This document shows, in pieces, positions 1 to 11,599 of a DNA stretch of 64,000 bases; position 1 is the first letter of the stretch; every line of letters starts with the position of its first letter. Under the pieces are notes generated by a model. It was not told the origin of the DNA, did not search any database, and saw only the letters and a program-made list of their open reading frames with translations. The DNA lies in assembly GCA_951406725.2 (NCBI GenBank), contig OX597819.1, positions 88,970,001-89,034,000 on the forward strand, in the 5' to 3' direction. A program made the position numbers and the translations under genes. The stretch is from Octopus vulgaris. Lineage: Eukaryota.

Positions 1-430
1 GACTATTGTCTATAAAGTATACAATGTAGAGAAAAAAGATTTGAACACCTGGAGGAAAGCACCTTCGAAAAGTGTCTTGGTGCGACTATGAAAGATATCT
101 AATCAGAGGCGGTAAATTCGCCACAATAGAAGCAAAGTTCAAGTCAACGGAGCGTGCAAGGGAGTACTCGACTCAAACTTGCAAAGTGGAAATATTTTAT
201 TTTTACCTTTATATCTGGGACATAGGACGTCCTGGAAAAAGATTTTAAATGCCCCCCCTCCCCAGAAGTAGAGGTAGGCTGGATTGTAGCCACACTTCTA
301 TACAAAAAAGGAGGACAAGATACAATTGATCGAAATTACAAGAGACGGGCTAACAATTCCAGTCTGTTATATATTTTGAGTATTGTTATCACTAGCGATA
401 TCAAGATATAACTTTGTATTTTGCATTTTA
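1..430 (+). mobile_element. Possible decayed retroelement ORF fragment (ORF1/gag-like), truncated by window edge
   Basis: CpG-containing, non-microsatellite sequence. Joining frames across frameshifts gives protein-like text (IRGGKFATIEAKFKSTERAREYSTQ..LFLPLYLGHR..PPPEVEVGWIVATLL). No diagnostic motif recognised. Confidence 0.3.
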
Positions 431-542
431 TGTGTAGATGTATATATATAGATGTACATGTAATATGTACACATATATATACACATATACATGCACTAGC
501 ACTATGACCCGGCAACGATGGGTCTTTAATGCTAGTAGGATA

Positions 543-750
543 TAAAAGGGTGCTGACAAGTTCCTGGTTTTAAGGGTATTGATTGTGAAAGACTTGGTTG
601 GATGCCTAACCTTCTGAGTTCTTTTACAGGAATTAGAAAAACTGAAGGACCACTGCAATGTGTGAATCTGAAAGGTGAATATGTTGAATAAAATCATAAC
701 TGATCCTCCTGTATTTTCTTTTAACCAAAGCCAGGATCTTTTCAGCATCT
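543..750 (+). mobile_element. Mariner-derived MITE (about 210 bp)
   Basis: TIRs GGGTGCTGACAAGTTCCTGG / CCAGGATCTTTTCAGCA. The interior encodes a mariner transposase C-terminal tail (family consensus LQGLEKLKDxCNKCVNLxGEYVE*). At least six other copies in the window. Confidence 0.85.
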
Positions 751-853
751 GGCCTAGGGTCAAGAACAGAGGAGAAAAGTTGCAGATGGTCTATGTTCCC
801 ATATGGATTGAATGGCTTAAGTACATTCTTGTTTAGCCATATGCCAGCCTTAA

Positions 854-1064
854 CCCTTTGGCATGTAGATTACTCTGTCAAATGTAATGCTTGTTTATTC
901 ACATTGATTTGAACTAGTTATGCATTACCATGTATTCTTTGAAATTCCAATGATGTGATGGCATAATTTTATAATATTGTAGGGTAAGTGTGAGAGGTTG
1001 GATGTGACTTGTTCAAAGAGAAAGGTTATTTTGGCTGGATATGACTGGTTTAAATACTAATGGG
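854..1064 (+). mobile_element. piggyBac-like MITE
   Basis: TTAA at 850-853 and 1065-1068 flanking CCCTTTGGCA...TACTAATGGG. Same family at 19204-19905, 31693-31868 and about 39965-40195. Confidence 0.8.
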
Positions 1065-1319
1065 TTAACCAAATAGACCTATGAATAGAGGCATTCCAAC
1101 TATGACCACACATGTTTTTTCTCTGTGCAGAGAGCCCAGGACCACATTATCTAATGTAACCATATTTAAGATGGTAGGGCATGATTTATAGGCAATTTGG
1201 TTGTTATTTCTAGTAGAACAAGAACAACACTGTAGAGACTTCCTTCTTGTCTCAATGCACAAATGTTGTCTTGGTCACAAGATTATGGCCTGTAAACATA
1301 GATATATGCACATATAAGA

Positions 1320-1477
1320 TGGGTTTATTTCACTTTCTGTCTGCCAAATCCACTCACAAGACTTTGGTCAGCCCAGGGCTATAAAAGAAAACATGTCCAT
1401 GGTGCCATGCAGTAAAACTGAACCTGAAACCATGTGGTTGGAAAGCAAATTTCTTAACCATACAGCCATGCTTGCAT
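1320..1477 (-). mobile_element. SINE family A, 5' tRNA-derived head fragment
   Basis: Diverged match to the head of the full-length copies at 4325-4722 and 6116-6542. Confidence 0.8.
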
Positions 1478-2214
1478 GGAGTATATAATAAAATAATAAA
1501 TTTGGAATTAAACACAAAAATAACTTAAAAATACATTTGCATATAATTAGCCTATTTATCACTACTTCTCACAGAACTTCTGTGACCTCACAGACCAGTA
1601 GGGTTCCAGGGAAGCCCATTTGGAGAAATGCTGGCATAGGGTATGTGATGTGTAGGCTGTGTGTTATCATAATGCAGGGTAGTAAATGTGTAGAATAAGT
1701 AGAGTTGTTGGTGATGTGAGGGATATGCTATGTATATACAGTATCAAGTGTCGATAAGATTGTGTTATTTTATTGGGTGTTGATTGTATAGGGAATGTGT
1801 TGTGTGGGTTATATCATATTATTATTGGGTGGTGGTTGTGATTCTTAAGTGCTGTGTGTTGGTAGAATCATTTACACCACCGGACAAAATGTTTTGTTCT
1901 AACTCTTAACAATCTAAGTTCAAATCCCATCAATATCAACTTTGCCTTCCATTTCTCAGGGAATAATAAATAAAGGCACCGATCAAGTATCATAAGTTGA
2001 TGTGATTAATTGTGTGTTCCTTTGTTATGGTTTTCTAGTTTTGTGCCTATGAGAGAAAGTACTTTTATTGCCAAGAGGAAAATGGATTATTTGTTCTGGC
2101 TATTGGCATTTTGGGTTTCAATTCTTTCCTCTGGAGATCATAAAAGTACCAATCAAGTACAAGGGTTGATTATTGGTGAGCTGGCAGAATCATTACTACA
2201 CTGGAAGAAATGCT

Positions 2215-2337
2215 GCTTTGGTCAGCCTTAGGTTATAGTAGTAGAAGATACTTGCCCAAGGTGCCACGCAGTGGGAGTGAACCCAGAACCATGTGGTTGG
2301 GAAGCAAACTTCTTACCACACAGCCACGCCTGCACCT
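2215..2337 (-). mobile_element. SINE family A head fragment
   Basis: CTTGCCCAAGGTGCCACGCAGTGGGA..CTTCTTACCACACAGCCACGCCTGCACC matches the family A head. Confidence 0.85.
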
Positions 2338-2969
2338 ATCATTTGAGCATATTTACATGGCTAAGCAGTTCTTTGTTTTGCTGATGTTGCATATTAAAAT
2401 GTTTACATATTTTAGGAGTAATTGTTTTAACAGGCTGATTCCTTTCTTGTCCCTAATTAACTGGTAGGTAAAAACTGGAAAGCACAGTTATTATGCGAAC
2501 TGAGTAATGTATGGATCTTGCCAGAAGGGACAATATAAAGTTAGTATTGAAGCCCATCTGATTCACAATTGAACATCTTCATAATCATTTAGCTTCTAAC
2601 AATTATTTAGCTTACAGAAACACCAACAATGCCTGCAAACAGCTTTATTAGAGGTACAGATACCCAAGAACATTAAAGGTCTTTGTTATCAGATAATTAT
2701 TTGTTCAGGCATCATTGAGTTGCTAGCTGTTTTCACCTTAATTAGTTGGTATGTAGATTAATTTTATTAATAACAGAACTGGGTCTGCCAAAGGATACTT
2801 AACTGCCAGAACAGTATAGAATTTCAGGAGATTTGATCAGATCACATTGTTTTCTCAAATCATATTCCCTAATCAGAACAACAGCCCCCACTACAATAGC
2901 TATAAGGAAAACTGACAAGAGGATTGATTGATGTAAATGCCAGCTGCTTTATATTTATTAATAGTGGAA

Positions 2970-2983
2970 ATGTGTGCATGTGC

Positions 2984-3056
<73 letters not shown>

Positions 3057-3068
3057 TGAGAGAGAGAG
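2970..3068. repeat. Compound (GT)n(GA)n microsatellite
   Basis: Directly visible. Confidence 0.95.
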
Positions 3069-3929
3069 ATGGTTAGAGAAAGTCACTGTTAGACTCTTCT
3101 TCATGTGTTAAATTTTAACCACTGGCTTTCTGTGGAGTTGAAATCTGTCAGAGTACTAATTCTCTAGGCCCTCCTCGCTTGTTAATGACATGAAGTGTTA
3201 GATCTGTGTGGTTTCTAGTTGAGTAATGTACAATAATAAAGAGGTTAAACTGAAAAAATAATCCAGAACTGAACATGTGGAATTCAGAGCTTAAATGAAG
3301 AACATTATTAGCCTGACAAAAAAATATTTAAATTGTCTTTCAAGAAATGAAGTTAATTATAAAGCAGTAAGAGTCTACAGACTAATAGGGATATATATAA
3401 GGAAAATCTTTGGCCTGGAATGGCAACACCTCTTTTCTGACGTAGTGCTTTATGTCTAAGAAGGTATCCAACCATAAATAAACAAAAAAAAAAAAGAGAA
3501 AATTAGAGAAAAAATAATAATAATAAAATAGAAACGTTCAGTTCAGCAGACAGAACTAACCATGAAATCCATTGAGTATGGAAAAATAGTTGTTAAACTA
3601 AGAGAACAGAATTGGTAAGCCTGTTTGTTAGAATAGAGAGAATAGTCTGGCTGTAACTTTATACAGTAGCGTATAGGTTTGAACTAATGAAATATTCAGC
3701 TATGTCAACTGGTGCTGTAAACATCAGCTGACATCAATGTCAAGTGTGATTGATCCCAGGATGGCAGATTGTGAAGAAAATTCATGTGGGTGTTAACCAG
3801 GTCGGGTAGGTAAGGATTAGCTGATGAGCTTTCATAAATATATTAATACTAAATAAATAGTACAAACCGAAATACCAGAATAACCTTTTTCACAGTAGCC
3901 ATGGGAAGCAGAAACATGTATCATATATC

Positions 3930-4300
3930 TTATCTTTTGCTTGTTTATTTCAGTCTTTGGACTGTGGCCATACTGGGGTACTTCCTTGAAGGGTTTAGCC
4001 AAACAAATTTCCCCCAGTACTTACTATTATTTTTTCAGCTTAATACTTATTTTACAGGTGTTCATTGTTGAACTGCTGCAATACAAGGATGTAAACAAAC
4101 CAACGCTAGTTAAGTAGCAGTGAGGGACAAACGAAGGTACACACATATAGACACATGTACATACATATAGACAGCTGACTTCTTTTCAGTTTCCCTCCAC
4201 CGAATCCAGTCACAAAGTTTTGATTGGCCTGAGGCTATAGTAGAAAAAGGATATTTGCTCAAGGTGTCATGCAGTGGGACCGAACTCTGGTTACAAAGCA
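3930..4300 (-). mobile_element. SINE family A, older near-full-length copy
   Basis: Colinear diverged match to the adjacent younger copy. Confidence 0.8.
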
Positions 4301-4324
4301 AGCTAATGTATATATATATTTTAT

Positions 4325-4722
4325 TTCTCTTTTACTTGTTTCAGTCATTTGACTGCAGCCATGCTGGAGCACCGCCTTTAATCGAGCAACTCGACCCCGG
4401 GACTTATTCTTTTGTAAGCCCAGTACTTATTCTATCGGTCTCTTTTGCCAAACCACTAAGTAACGGGGACATTAACACACCAGCATCGGTTGTCAAGCAA
4501 TGCAAGGGGGACAAACACAGACACAAACACACACACGCATATATATATATACATATATACGACGGGCTTCTTTCAGTTTCCGTCAACCAAATCCACTCAC
4601 AAGGCTTTGGTCGGCCCTAGGCTATAGTAGAAAACACTTGCCCAAGGTGCCACGCAGTGGGACTGAACCCGGAACCGTGTGGTTGGTAAACAAGCTACTT
4701 ACCACACAGCCACTCCTGCGCC
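4325..4722 (-). mobile_element. SINE family A, young full-length copy (tRNA-like head, CORE-like CCTTGGGCAAGT, central microsatellite, 3' tail)
   Basis: Minus strand starts GGCGCAGGAGTGGCTGTGTGGTAAG (A-box-like) and has GGTTCAGTCCC (B-box-like). CpGs retained. Near-identical to 6116-6542, 10322-10713 and 30678-31050. Confidence 0.92.
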
Positions 4723-5761
4723 TTCAGATTGATAGCTGACCATAAGTATCAGGATGAAAGTGACCACTTGGTATTCTTTTTTTTACCAATCATGTATATT
4801 GTTTAGCATCAGGTCAATTTGACTAATGAAGCCTATAGTCAAAAGTGTTCTAATCAAGACCATCTTGTCCATTTCTCAAGCACTGCATATTTTGGATGTG
4901 TTCCCTGCACCACTCCATAATGGTAGAGCGTAATTTAAGAAGGATTTGACTGCTATATCTAGCAGAATGTATATAGAACCACAGGGAATCTCTTTTTGTT
5001 TCATTTCATTTAGTCATTTATATTAATGCAGAATGCTAACCTCTTTACAAAGGTGGTGGTGGTGGTGGCAGAAGGGAACCAATGGTTGTCAATAAAATCA
5101 ACACAACTAAAAATGAATGTTCAGCTTTTTTTTTTTCTTGGGAGGGGGGAAAAATAGTTTGTTATTTTCGTGACTATCTAAAATTAGTACTAATTTATAA
5201 CCTGAAATTGATGTTTATTCATTGAGATGCCTACCACAAATAAATATATATAACATAAATTAATTAAGGAAAGGAAGAAAAAAAAAAACCCCCCACAGAA
5301 TCTGTTTAATATTTGTTGCAGCTAATGATTTACATACCCTGCTCTAGTTTTTATTACCATGCTTATCTTTACAAAGAAAGAAAGAGAGAGGAGGTAGAGA
5401 GAAATAGCAGAAAATATCTCACTGAAGATAATACAAAAAGCTGGGGATTGTTTTGCTTCTCGTTTTTTTGTTTGTTTTTTTTAATTTTTTTTTTTTATTT
5501 ATTTATTAGTAAAATCATTCACTGCTGAAGCATTATCATGTGTATGGCAAATCATAAGTCAATGGTTTGATGTAACACAATAAATACAAAACAAATTGAT
5601 AATGCCTGGTTTCTATAAATCGTATTTTTAAAACCGCAGGCTTCAATAGGGAGACTGTTAATTTATATTCATTTATTTATTTATTTATTTATTTGTAATT
5701 CGAACAACAAATAGGTTTCAAGGTGAGATGGTGGCTCAGTGATTCCGAGACAAAGTTGTCT

Positions 5762-5955
5762 TTTATCTTTTACTTGTTTCAGCCATTAGATTGTGGCCAT
5801 GTGACCCCAGTACTTATTTATCCTTTTCTTTTTAATGCTTGGTACTTGTTCTCTTTGTCTCTTTTGCTGAACTGCTAAGTTACAGGGATGTAAACACACC
5901 AGTACTGGCTGACAAGTGGTGGAATTCGGGGACAAATACAGACACAAAGACACAC

Positions 5956-5957
<2 letters not shown>
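5762..5957 (-). mobile_element. SINE family A 3' half
   Basis: TTTTACTTGTTTCAGCCATT...CTAAGTTACAGGGATGTAAACACACC matches the family A tail. Confidence 0.85.
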
Positions 5958-5993
<36 letters not shown>

Positions 5994-5994
<1 letters not shown>

Positions 5995-6098
5995 CGTTGA
6001 AAGCACTGGTTCTCGTCCAATCATCAAAGTTAAGCAACGTCGAGCCTAGTTAGTACTTAGATGGGTGACCGCTTGAGAAACCTAGGTGCTGTAAGCAT
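5994..6098 (+). pseudogene. 5S rRNA pseudogene, missing about 15 nt at the 5' end
   Basis: ACGTTGAAAGCACTGGTTCTCGTCCAATCATCAAAGTTAAGCAACGTCGAGCCTAGTTAGTACTTAGATGGGTGACCGCTTGAGAAACCTAGGTGCTGTAAGCAT aligns by eye with metazoan 5S rRNA, including the box A / box C region. Followed by a T8 run. Confidence 0.92.
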
Positions 6099-6115
6099 CA
6101 CACATTTTTTTTATA

Positions 6116-6286
6116 GGCGCAGGAGTGGCTGTGTGATAAGTAGCTTGCTTACCAGCTACATGGTTCTGGGTTCAGTCCCACTGCATGGCACCTTGGGCAA
6201 GTGCCTTCTACTATAGCTTTGGGCTGACCAAAGCCTTGTGAATGGATTTGGTAGACAGAAACTGAAAGAAGCCCATCGTATATATG

Positions 6287-6341
<55 letters not shown>

Positions 6342-6542
6342 GTGTGTGTATATGTTTGTTCCCTCAACATCGCTTGATAACCAATGTTGGTGTGTTTACA
6401 TCCCCGTAACTTAGCAGCTCAGCAAAACAGACTGATAGAATAAGTACTAGGCTTACAAAGAACAAGTCCTGGGCTTGATTTGCTCGACTAAAGGCGGTGC
6501 TCTAGCATGGCCACAGTCAAATGACTGAAACAAGTAAAAGAG
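6116..6542 (+). mobile_element. SINE family A, young full-length copy with long internal (TA)n
   Basis: Starts GGCGCAGGAGTGGCTGTG and ends GACTGAAACAAGTAAAAGAG. Confidence 0.92.
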
Positions 6543-6549
6543 TATATAT

Positions 6550-6915
6550 CATCGTCATCATCATCATTTGGTGTTTGCTTTCTATGCTGGCATGGGTTAG
6601 ACGGTTTGACTGAAACTGCTAAGCTGGAGAGCTACACCAAGTTCCAATCTGATTTGACATGGTTTCTATAGCTGGATGCCCGTCCTAACATTAACCATTC
6701 CAAGAGTGTAATGGGCGCTTTTTACGAGCCACCAGCATACACACACACACGCGTGCGCAAATATATACAACAGATTTCTTTCAGTTTCCACCTAGCAAAT
6801 CCACTCACAAGGCTTTTGGTCAGCCCCAGGCTATAATAGTACATTTCCACAAGGTGCCATACAGCAAGACTGAACCTGAAACAATGTGGTTGGGGAACAA
6901 ATTTCTTACCACATT
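6550..6915 (-). mobile_element. Family D repeat ((GAT)n-tailed, GGAAGGGCATCCAGC motif) joined through a CA repeat to a family A head
   Basis: Matches 16855-17140 and 42565-43100 (D part) and family A heads. Confidence 0.75.
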
Positions 6916-7004
6916 CCCCAATCTCCGATTATGTTATGTGTATATTACCTATTAAAACTCCTGATACTAACTAGCCAACCTGAAAGCCCACTTGGCTGCT
7001 TCGT

Positions 7005-7600
7005 ATCTTGTTTTTGTTTCAGTCATTGGACTGTAGCCATGCTAGAGCACCACCTTGAAAGGGTTAGTTGAATAAATCATCCCCAGCACTTATTTTCAAG
7101 TCTAGAACTTATTCTATTTAATCTCTTTTGCCGAGATACTAAGTTACAGGGATGTAAACAAACAAACACCAGTTGTCAAGAGGTGGTGATGGGGACAAAC
7201 ACAAAGACAGACAGACAGACAGACACACATCATCGTTTAACATCTGCCTTCCATGCTAGCATTGGTGGGACTACACTACACAATATACAAGTATACCCAT
7301 CTGCCACAGCAGAATTTAAACTGGTGCTGGTACCACACAGAAAGCACTGGTGCTTGTGTCACACAAAAACAAAACAAAACAAAAAAAAAACATTCATGCT
7401 GGTGCCACATTAAAAGCACTGGTGCTGGTGGCACATAAAAAGTACCCAGTACTTAGTGGAGTGGTTGGCATTAAGAAGGGCATCCAGCTGTAGAAACCAT
7501 GCTTGAACAGAAAATGGAGCCTGGGGTGGCTCCAGGCCATGCCAGCTCTGGTCAAACATCTGATCCATGCCAGCATGGAAAACGGACATTAAATGATATC
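7005..7600. mobile_element. SINE A tail (-) followed by family D copy (+) with short internal tandem units
   Basis: Similarity to other copies; repeated GGTGCTGGTGGCAC/AAAAGCAC units at about 7320-7440. Confidence 0.75.
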
Positions 7601-7610
7601 ACACACACAT

Positions 7611-7639
<29 letters not shown>

Positions 7640-7642
<3 letters not shown>

Positions 7643-8090
7643 TAATAAAAAGAATTCCAACCTTGTCTGATTTTCACGTTTTATTTACAATCTTATAATG
7701 ATATATTATAAGATAATATATTATAATTGAATAAAATAAAATGAAATAGTAGAATGTTAAATATTCATTCTGATTGAACTAGTACTTTCATGCATTGAAT
7801 TCTGCAATCTTCGGGTTCATGTAGTAGTGTTGACAGTCATGCTTCACAATTTTTGACTGTAGCAAGATGAGTGATTCTGTGCTATAAATACAGCTGGGTA
7901 GGCTCCAGAGTGCTAGGTTTTGCAAACTGTATTCTGACCAATCAGTGTGTAGTATCACTCAATTACTTAAGCTGATTGGTTGGTTGAGCTGATTGGTTTA
8001 GGCATCACGCTTTGTTGGACAGGTCAAGAGTCCTGTATCTTGACCCTGGCCGAAGCAGCAATTGTTGGGTTATTTTTAGAAATGTTGTAA
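7640..8090 (-). mobile_element. Penelope-like element terminal-repeat remnant
   Basis: Lies beside a (TA)n tract and carries a minimal hammerhead motif followed by an AATAAA-rich tail on the minus strand, the usual Penelope pLTR layout. Confidence 0.5.
7775..7819 (-). ncRNA. Minimal type I hammerhead ribozyme motif (degenerate, U4->C)
   Basis: Minus strand: UGAAC CCGAAGA UUGCA-GAAUUCAA-UGCAU GAAA GUAC UA|GUUCA. Stem I is UGAAC/GUUCA, stem II is UGCA/UGCA, stem III is palindromic AGUACU, and NUH is CUA. Confidence 0.65.
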
Positions 8091-8296
8091 ATATCCTTTG
8101 TCAGAGATTTTTATATTTTTATATTTCAATTGTCATCATCATCATTGTCAGCACCTTAATTATTGTTGCTAGTGGTGATGGTGGTGGCAATATGGCACGA
8201 CTTAAAATTTAGGTATTGATGTGTGTCTGTGTGTTTATAGTATATATCTGTGGTGATGGTGGTGTCTTTTTTAATTACCATTATATCCAGGAATGG

Positions 8297-8329
<33 letters not shown>

Positions 8330-9624
8330 GCTTCTTCCAATTGTATTTTGTATTTTTTTAACTGCATTTTCATGTCTTTCTCATTTGTGTACCAATAAAC
8401 ACACACATGACCGAGCTTCCTCACAGTTTCTGCCTGCTAAAATCAGTCACAAAGCACTGATTGAGCTGGGCCTATATTAAAAGAATGTCTAAAGCTCTGT
8501 GTAGTGGGACTGAACCCAAAACCATGTGGTCACAAAGTGAGCTTCTTAACCATAACAGCCAAATCAGTGCCTAATGTATTCGTTTTCAAAAATGTTCATA
8601 TTAAAAACAACTTTACATAATACAGTTCTTATACAAGTAAGAACTGTTAAGTAATGCTCTTGACATCCAGTTTAATGATATCAGTTATTTTAGGAAAACC
8701 CTTCCAAATTCATATTATTTTCAAAATTAATTAAAATACATCCATAAAAGAGTTTCAGTTGCTATTCACAATTTGAATTTCTAATTTCCGTAAAGTTCAA
8801 TGGTTGAAAGAGGAATTGGCTTTTGAATAAATCATGAGAAAACCTGCCATTCAACCTTTTAGAAATGACAGTTAAATTACTATCAGATGAAGTCCCAGTA
8901 TCTTCAGAAGCAGAAAAGTATATTGGAAAATGTAGTCCTAAATACACTATGTCTAATAATAAGATGGGATAATCTTGGCAAAAATGTTTCCGATCAATCA
9001 CCTGTTTGGTTAGGGTTGACCTGTGGTTAGACGACAACAGCTGCAATATCATATTTAACAGTTTCAGAAGATTATATGGACTGCAGACTAATTAAATACT
9101 TAAACCCAATTCTACCCATCTAAAAACAGTACTCTCCTACTTTGTACCTATTTACATATAATCAAATAATAAACTGAGATATAGAAATTTAAGTGTCTTT
9201 TGTCATGAAAACAACACAGTACCAACAGTTGAATATATTCAAATGATAATTAGTAGTGCCCAATCACTTGGTAAAAGCTAAACATGAAAATTATTTTTGA
9301 TTTCCATATATAATACACACACACACACACAGAGTTGTTAGTGACAGATTATCAATGTGGGTATAATACTTTATAAGCTCTCTGTTAGCACACGATGCTA
9401 ACAATATTGTTTGGATTAGTAAAGGACTTCACATAACTTGAGGTCTGAGGTCATAGTTCATCACCATTCTATATTGTAAATCTATGGTTGTGTTCCAGTT
9501 ATACAGGTTTTTACAGAGGAATATACAAAACAAGACATAAATAATGGTCATTAAATATTTTTTCCTTATTGTAGTAAATAAAGTAAAATATGTTAAGACA
9601 ATTATTTATGCCTAGTCTTATATA

Positions 9625-9657
<33 letters not shown>

Positions 9658-10157
9658 GTATGTATGTATGTGTGTGTATGTATATATATGTGTGTGTGTG
9701 TGTGTATGACAAACTTAGGTGTTGCTCTTTGGCAGTTTTGTGTATGGTTATTGGCAACATAAAGTTCAAATTAGTTTATTGAAGAATTTAGAAAGTAGGA
9801 TTGATGGCATGGACTGGTAAAACCTTTGCCATGTTTTATTAGATATAAACTTGTCCTATGTAATACCGTCTCAGAGAAAACCTGACATAGCTTAACCATT
9901 ATGTATTGATCAAACACGCAGAAGAGGAACAAATAGATATAATATTGAACAGCCAGCTCACAGGCTTTTTTGTTAGTTCAAATCCACTGTAGACATTTCA
10001 TTATGTATTTTGGCAGTTTTCCTAATTCTTTTATGTGCCTCAGTTCACCAAACTGTCAAGAAAAGGAATCAAATCATCTGGTAATGTTACCTGCAATAGA
10101 CTGCCATTGTATCTAAAGGAAATTTTATTAATCATCTGTTTATGAAATTAGTGCTAA

Positions 10158-10774
10158 CCCTTTTGTTACCAAATTGCCTGAGACCATACCTGGGTATCTG
10201 TAACAACTTGTATTAAAGTGATCTGAATTAAAAACTTTCCATCAGATTTTCATATTAATATTATGATCTGAACACAGGCTTAATAATGACAAAGTTATTT
10301 TAATAAATTCTTCATTATGTAGGCGTAGGAGTGGCTGTCTGGTAAGTAGCTTGCTTACCAACCACATGGTTCCGGGTTCAGTCCCACTGCGTGGCACCTT
10401 GGGCAAAGTGTCTTCTAGTATAGCTTCGGGCCGGCCAAAACCTTGTGGGTGGATTTGGTAGGCGGAAACTGAAAGAAACCTGTTGTATATATGTGTATGT
10501 GTGTGTGTGTTTGTGTGTCTGTGTTTGTCCCCCTAACATTGCTTGACAACCGATGCTGGTGTGTTTACGTTCCCGTAACTTAGCGGTTTCGCAAAAGAGA
10601 CCGATAAAATAAGTACTAGGCTTACAAAGAATAAGTCCTGGGGTCGATTTGTTGGACTAAAAGGCGGTGCCCCAGCATGGCCACAGTCAAATAACTGAAA
10701 CAAGTAAAAGAGTATTATCAAACTTAATTGAAATAGAAGTAGTGTACTTCAACAGAAATATTGTAACAAATAGG
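10158..10774. mobile_element. piggyBac-like MITE (second family) interrupted by a SINE
   Basis: CTAA|CCCTTTTGTTAC ... GTAACAAATAGG|TTAA. Related termini at 28802-29021. Confidence 0.7.
10322..10713 (+). mobile_element. SINE family A, young full-length copy
   Basis: Near-identical to 6116-6542; nested in the MITE. Confidence 0.92.
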
Positions 10775-11381
10775 TTAAAGCAAAACCAAAAAGGAACCTC
10801 CATGTGGCCACGTAACTGGTAAGAAAATAACAGTAAAATTTAACTCAAACCAAATACTATAATTGAAAAATAAAAAAATGTAAGATACATTGGATGATAT
10901 AGTTGTACATACTCTAAATTTTTTAAAAAAATATTTACTTTGAGCTAAACAACTGCAGCTAATCAGAAGCTCTGGAAAGTCCTTTCACAACTTTAAATAT
11001 ATGACTAATTTTAACCCTAGTATGCAATATGAGGGCTTAGTTCCTTTTTATGAATTGGCAGGAAAGGGTTACAGTTACCTACCTAAATAAGTTGTTTATC
11101 TTCTATTTTTTAGACATTACTTTCATATACATTTGCAAACTGTAGGATCCCCATGAGCTGGTAAGAAGTTTGCTGTATCTATAATGGTTAGAGTGACAAG
11201 ACAGTGTTTACATAACACAGAATAAATACCAAATGGAAATTTTGCTTGCAGCACTAATTCATTTGCAATTTATCATTAATTTTTATGTTTTTCACCCATA
11301 TATATAGATATAAATATATGGGTAACAAAATGGCTGACCGTTAGTAAGGAGAGAGACACAAATAACAAAGAAGAAAGCAAA

Positions 11382-11426
11382 GGACCACTGATGAGGTCAC
11401 AGAAGTGTGACGAAAGAACTCTGGCC
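11382..11426 (+). ncRNA. Minimal type I hammerhead ribozyme motif in a probable Penelope-like remnant (about 11300-11545)
   Basis: GGACCA CUGAUGA G GUCACA-GAAG-UGUGAC GAAA GAAC UC|UGGCC. Intact CUGAUGA and GAAA cores, 6-bp stem II, NUH is CUC, stem I CCA/UGG. Followed by an AATAAA-rich tail. Confidence 0.7.
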
Positions 11427-11540
11427 GAAATAAGATTAAGATTAATGTAAAAAATAAAGCTGAAGCAAATTAACACCAAATATATAGTGTATGTGTTTTT
11501 ATTGGCTAAACTGGCAACATGACCATTCCTAAATACAACA

Positions 11541-11580
<40 letters not shown>

Positions 11581-11599
11581 GCATTCTTGGGCTGAGCTC

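Noticed and set aside
4255-4739. ORFs such as 4255-4620 and 4500-4739 and their look-alikes elsewhere (PKVPRSG, FQSFDC peptides)
   Set aside because: Translations of SINE family A; they recur only because the SINE recurs.
6116-6190. tRNA genes at SINE heads
   Set aside because: A/B-box-like motifs are present but there is no convincing cloverleaf, and they continue into SINE bodies.
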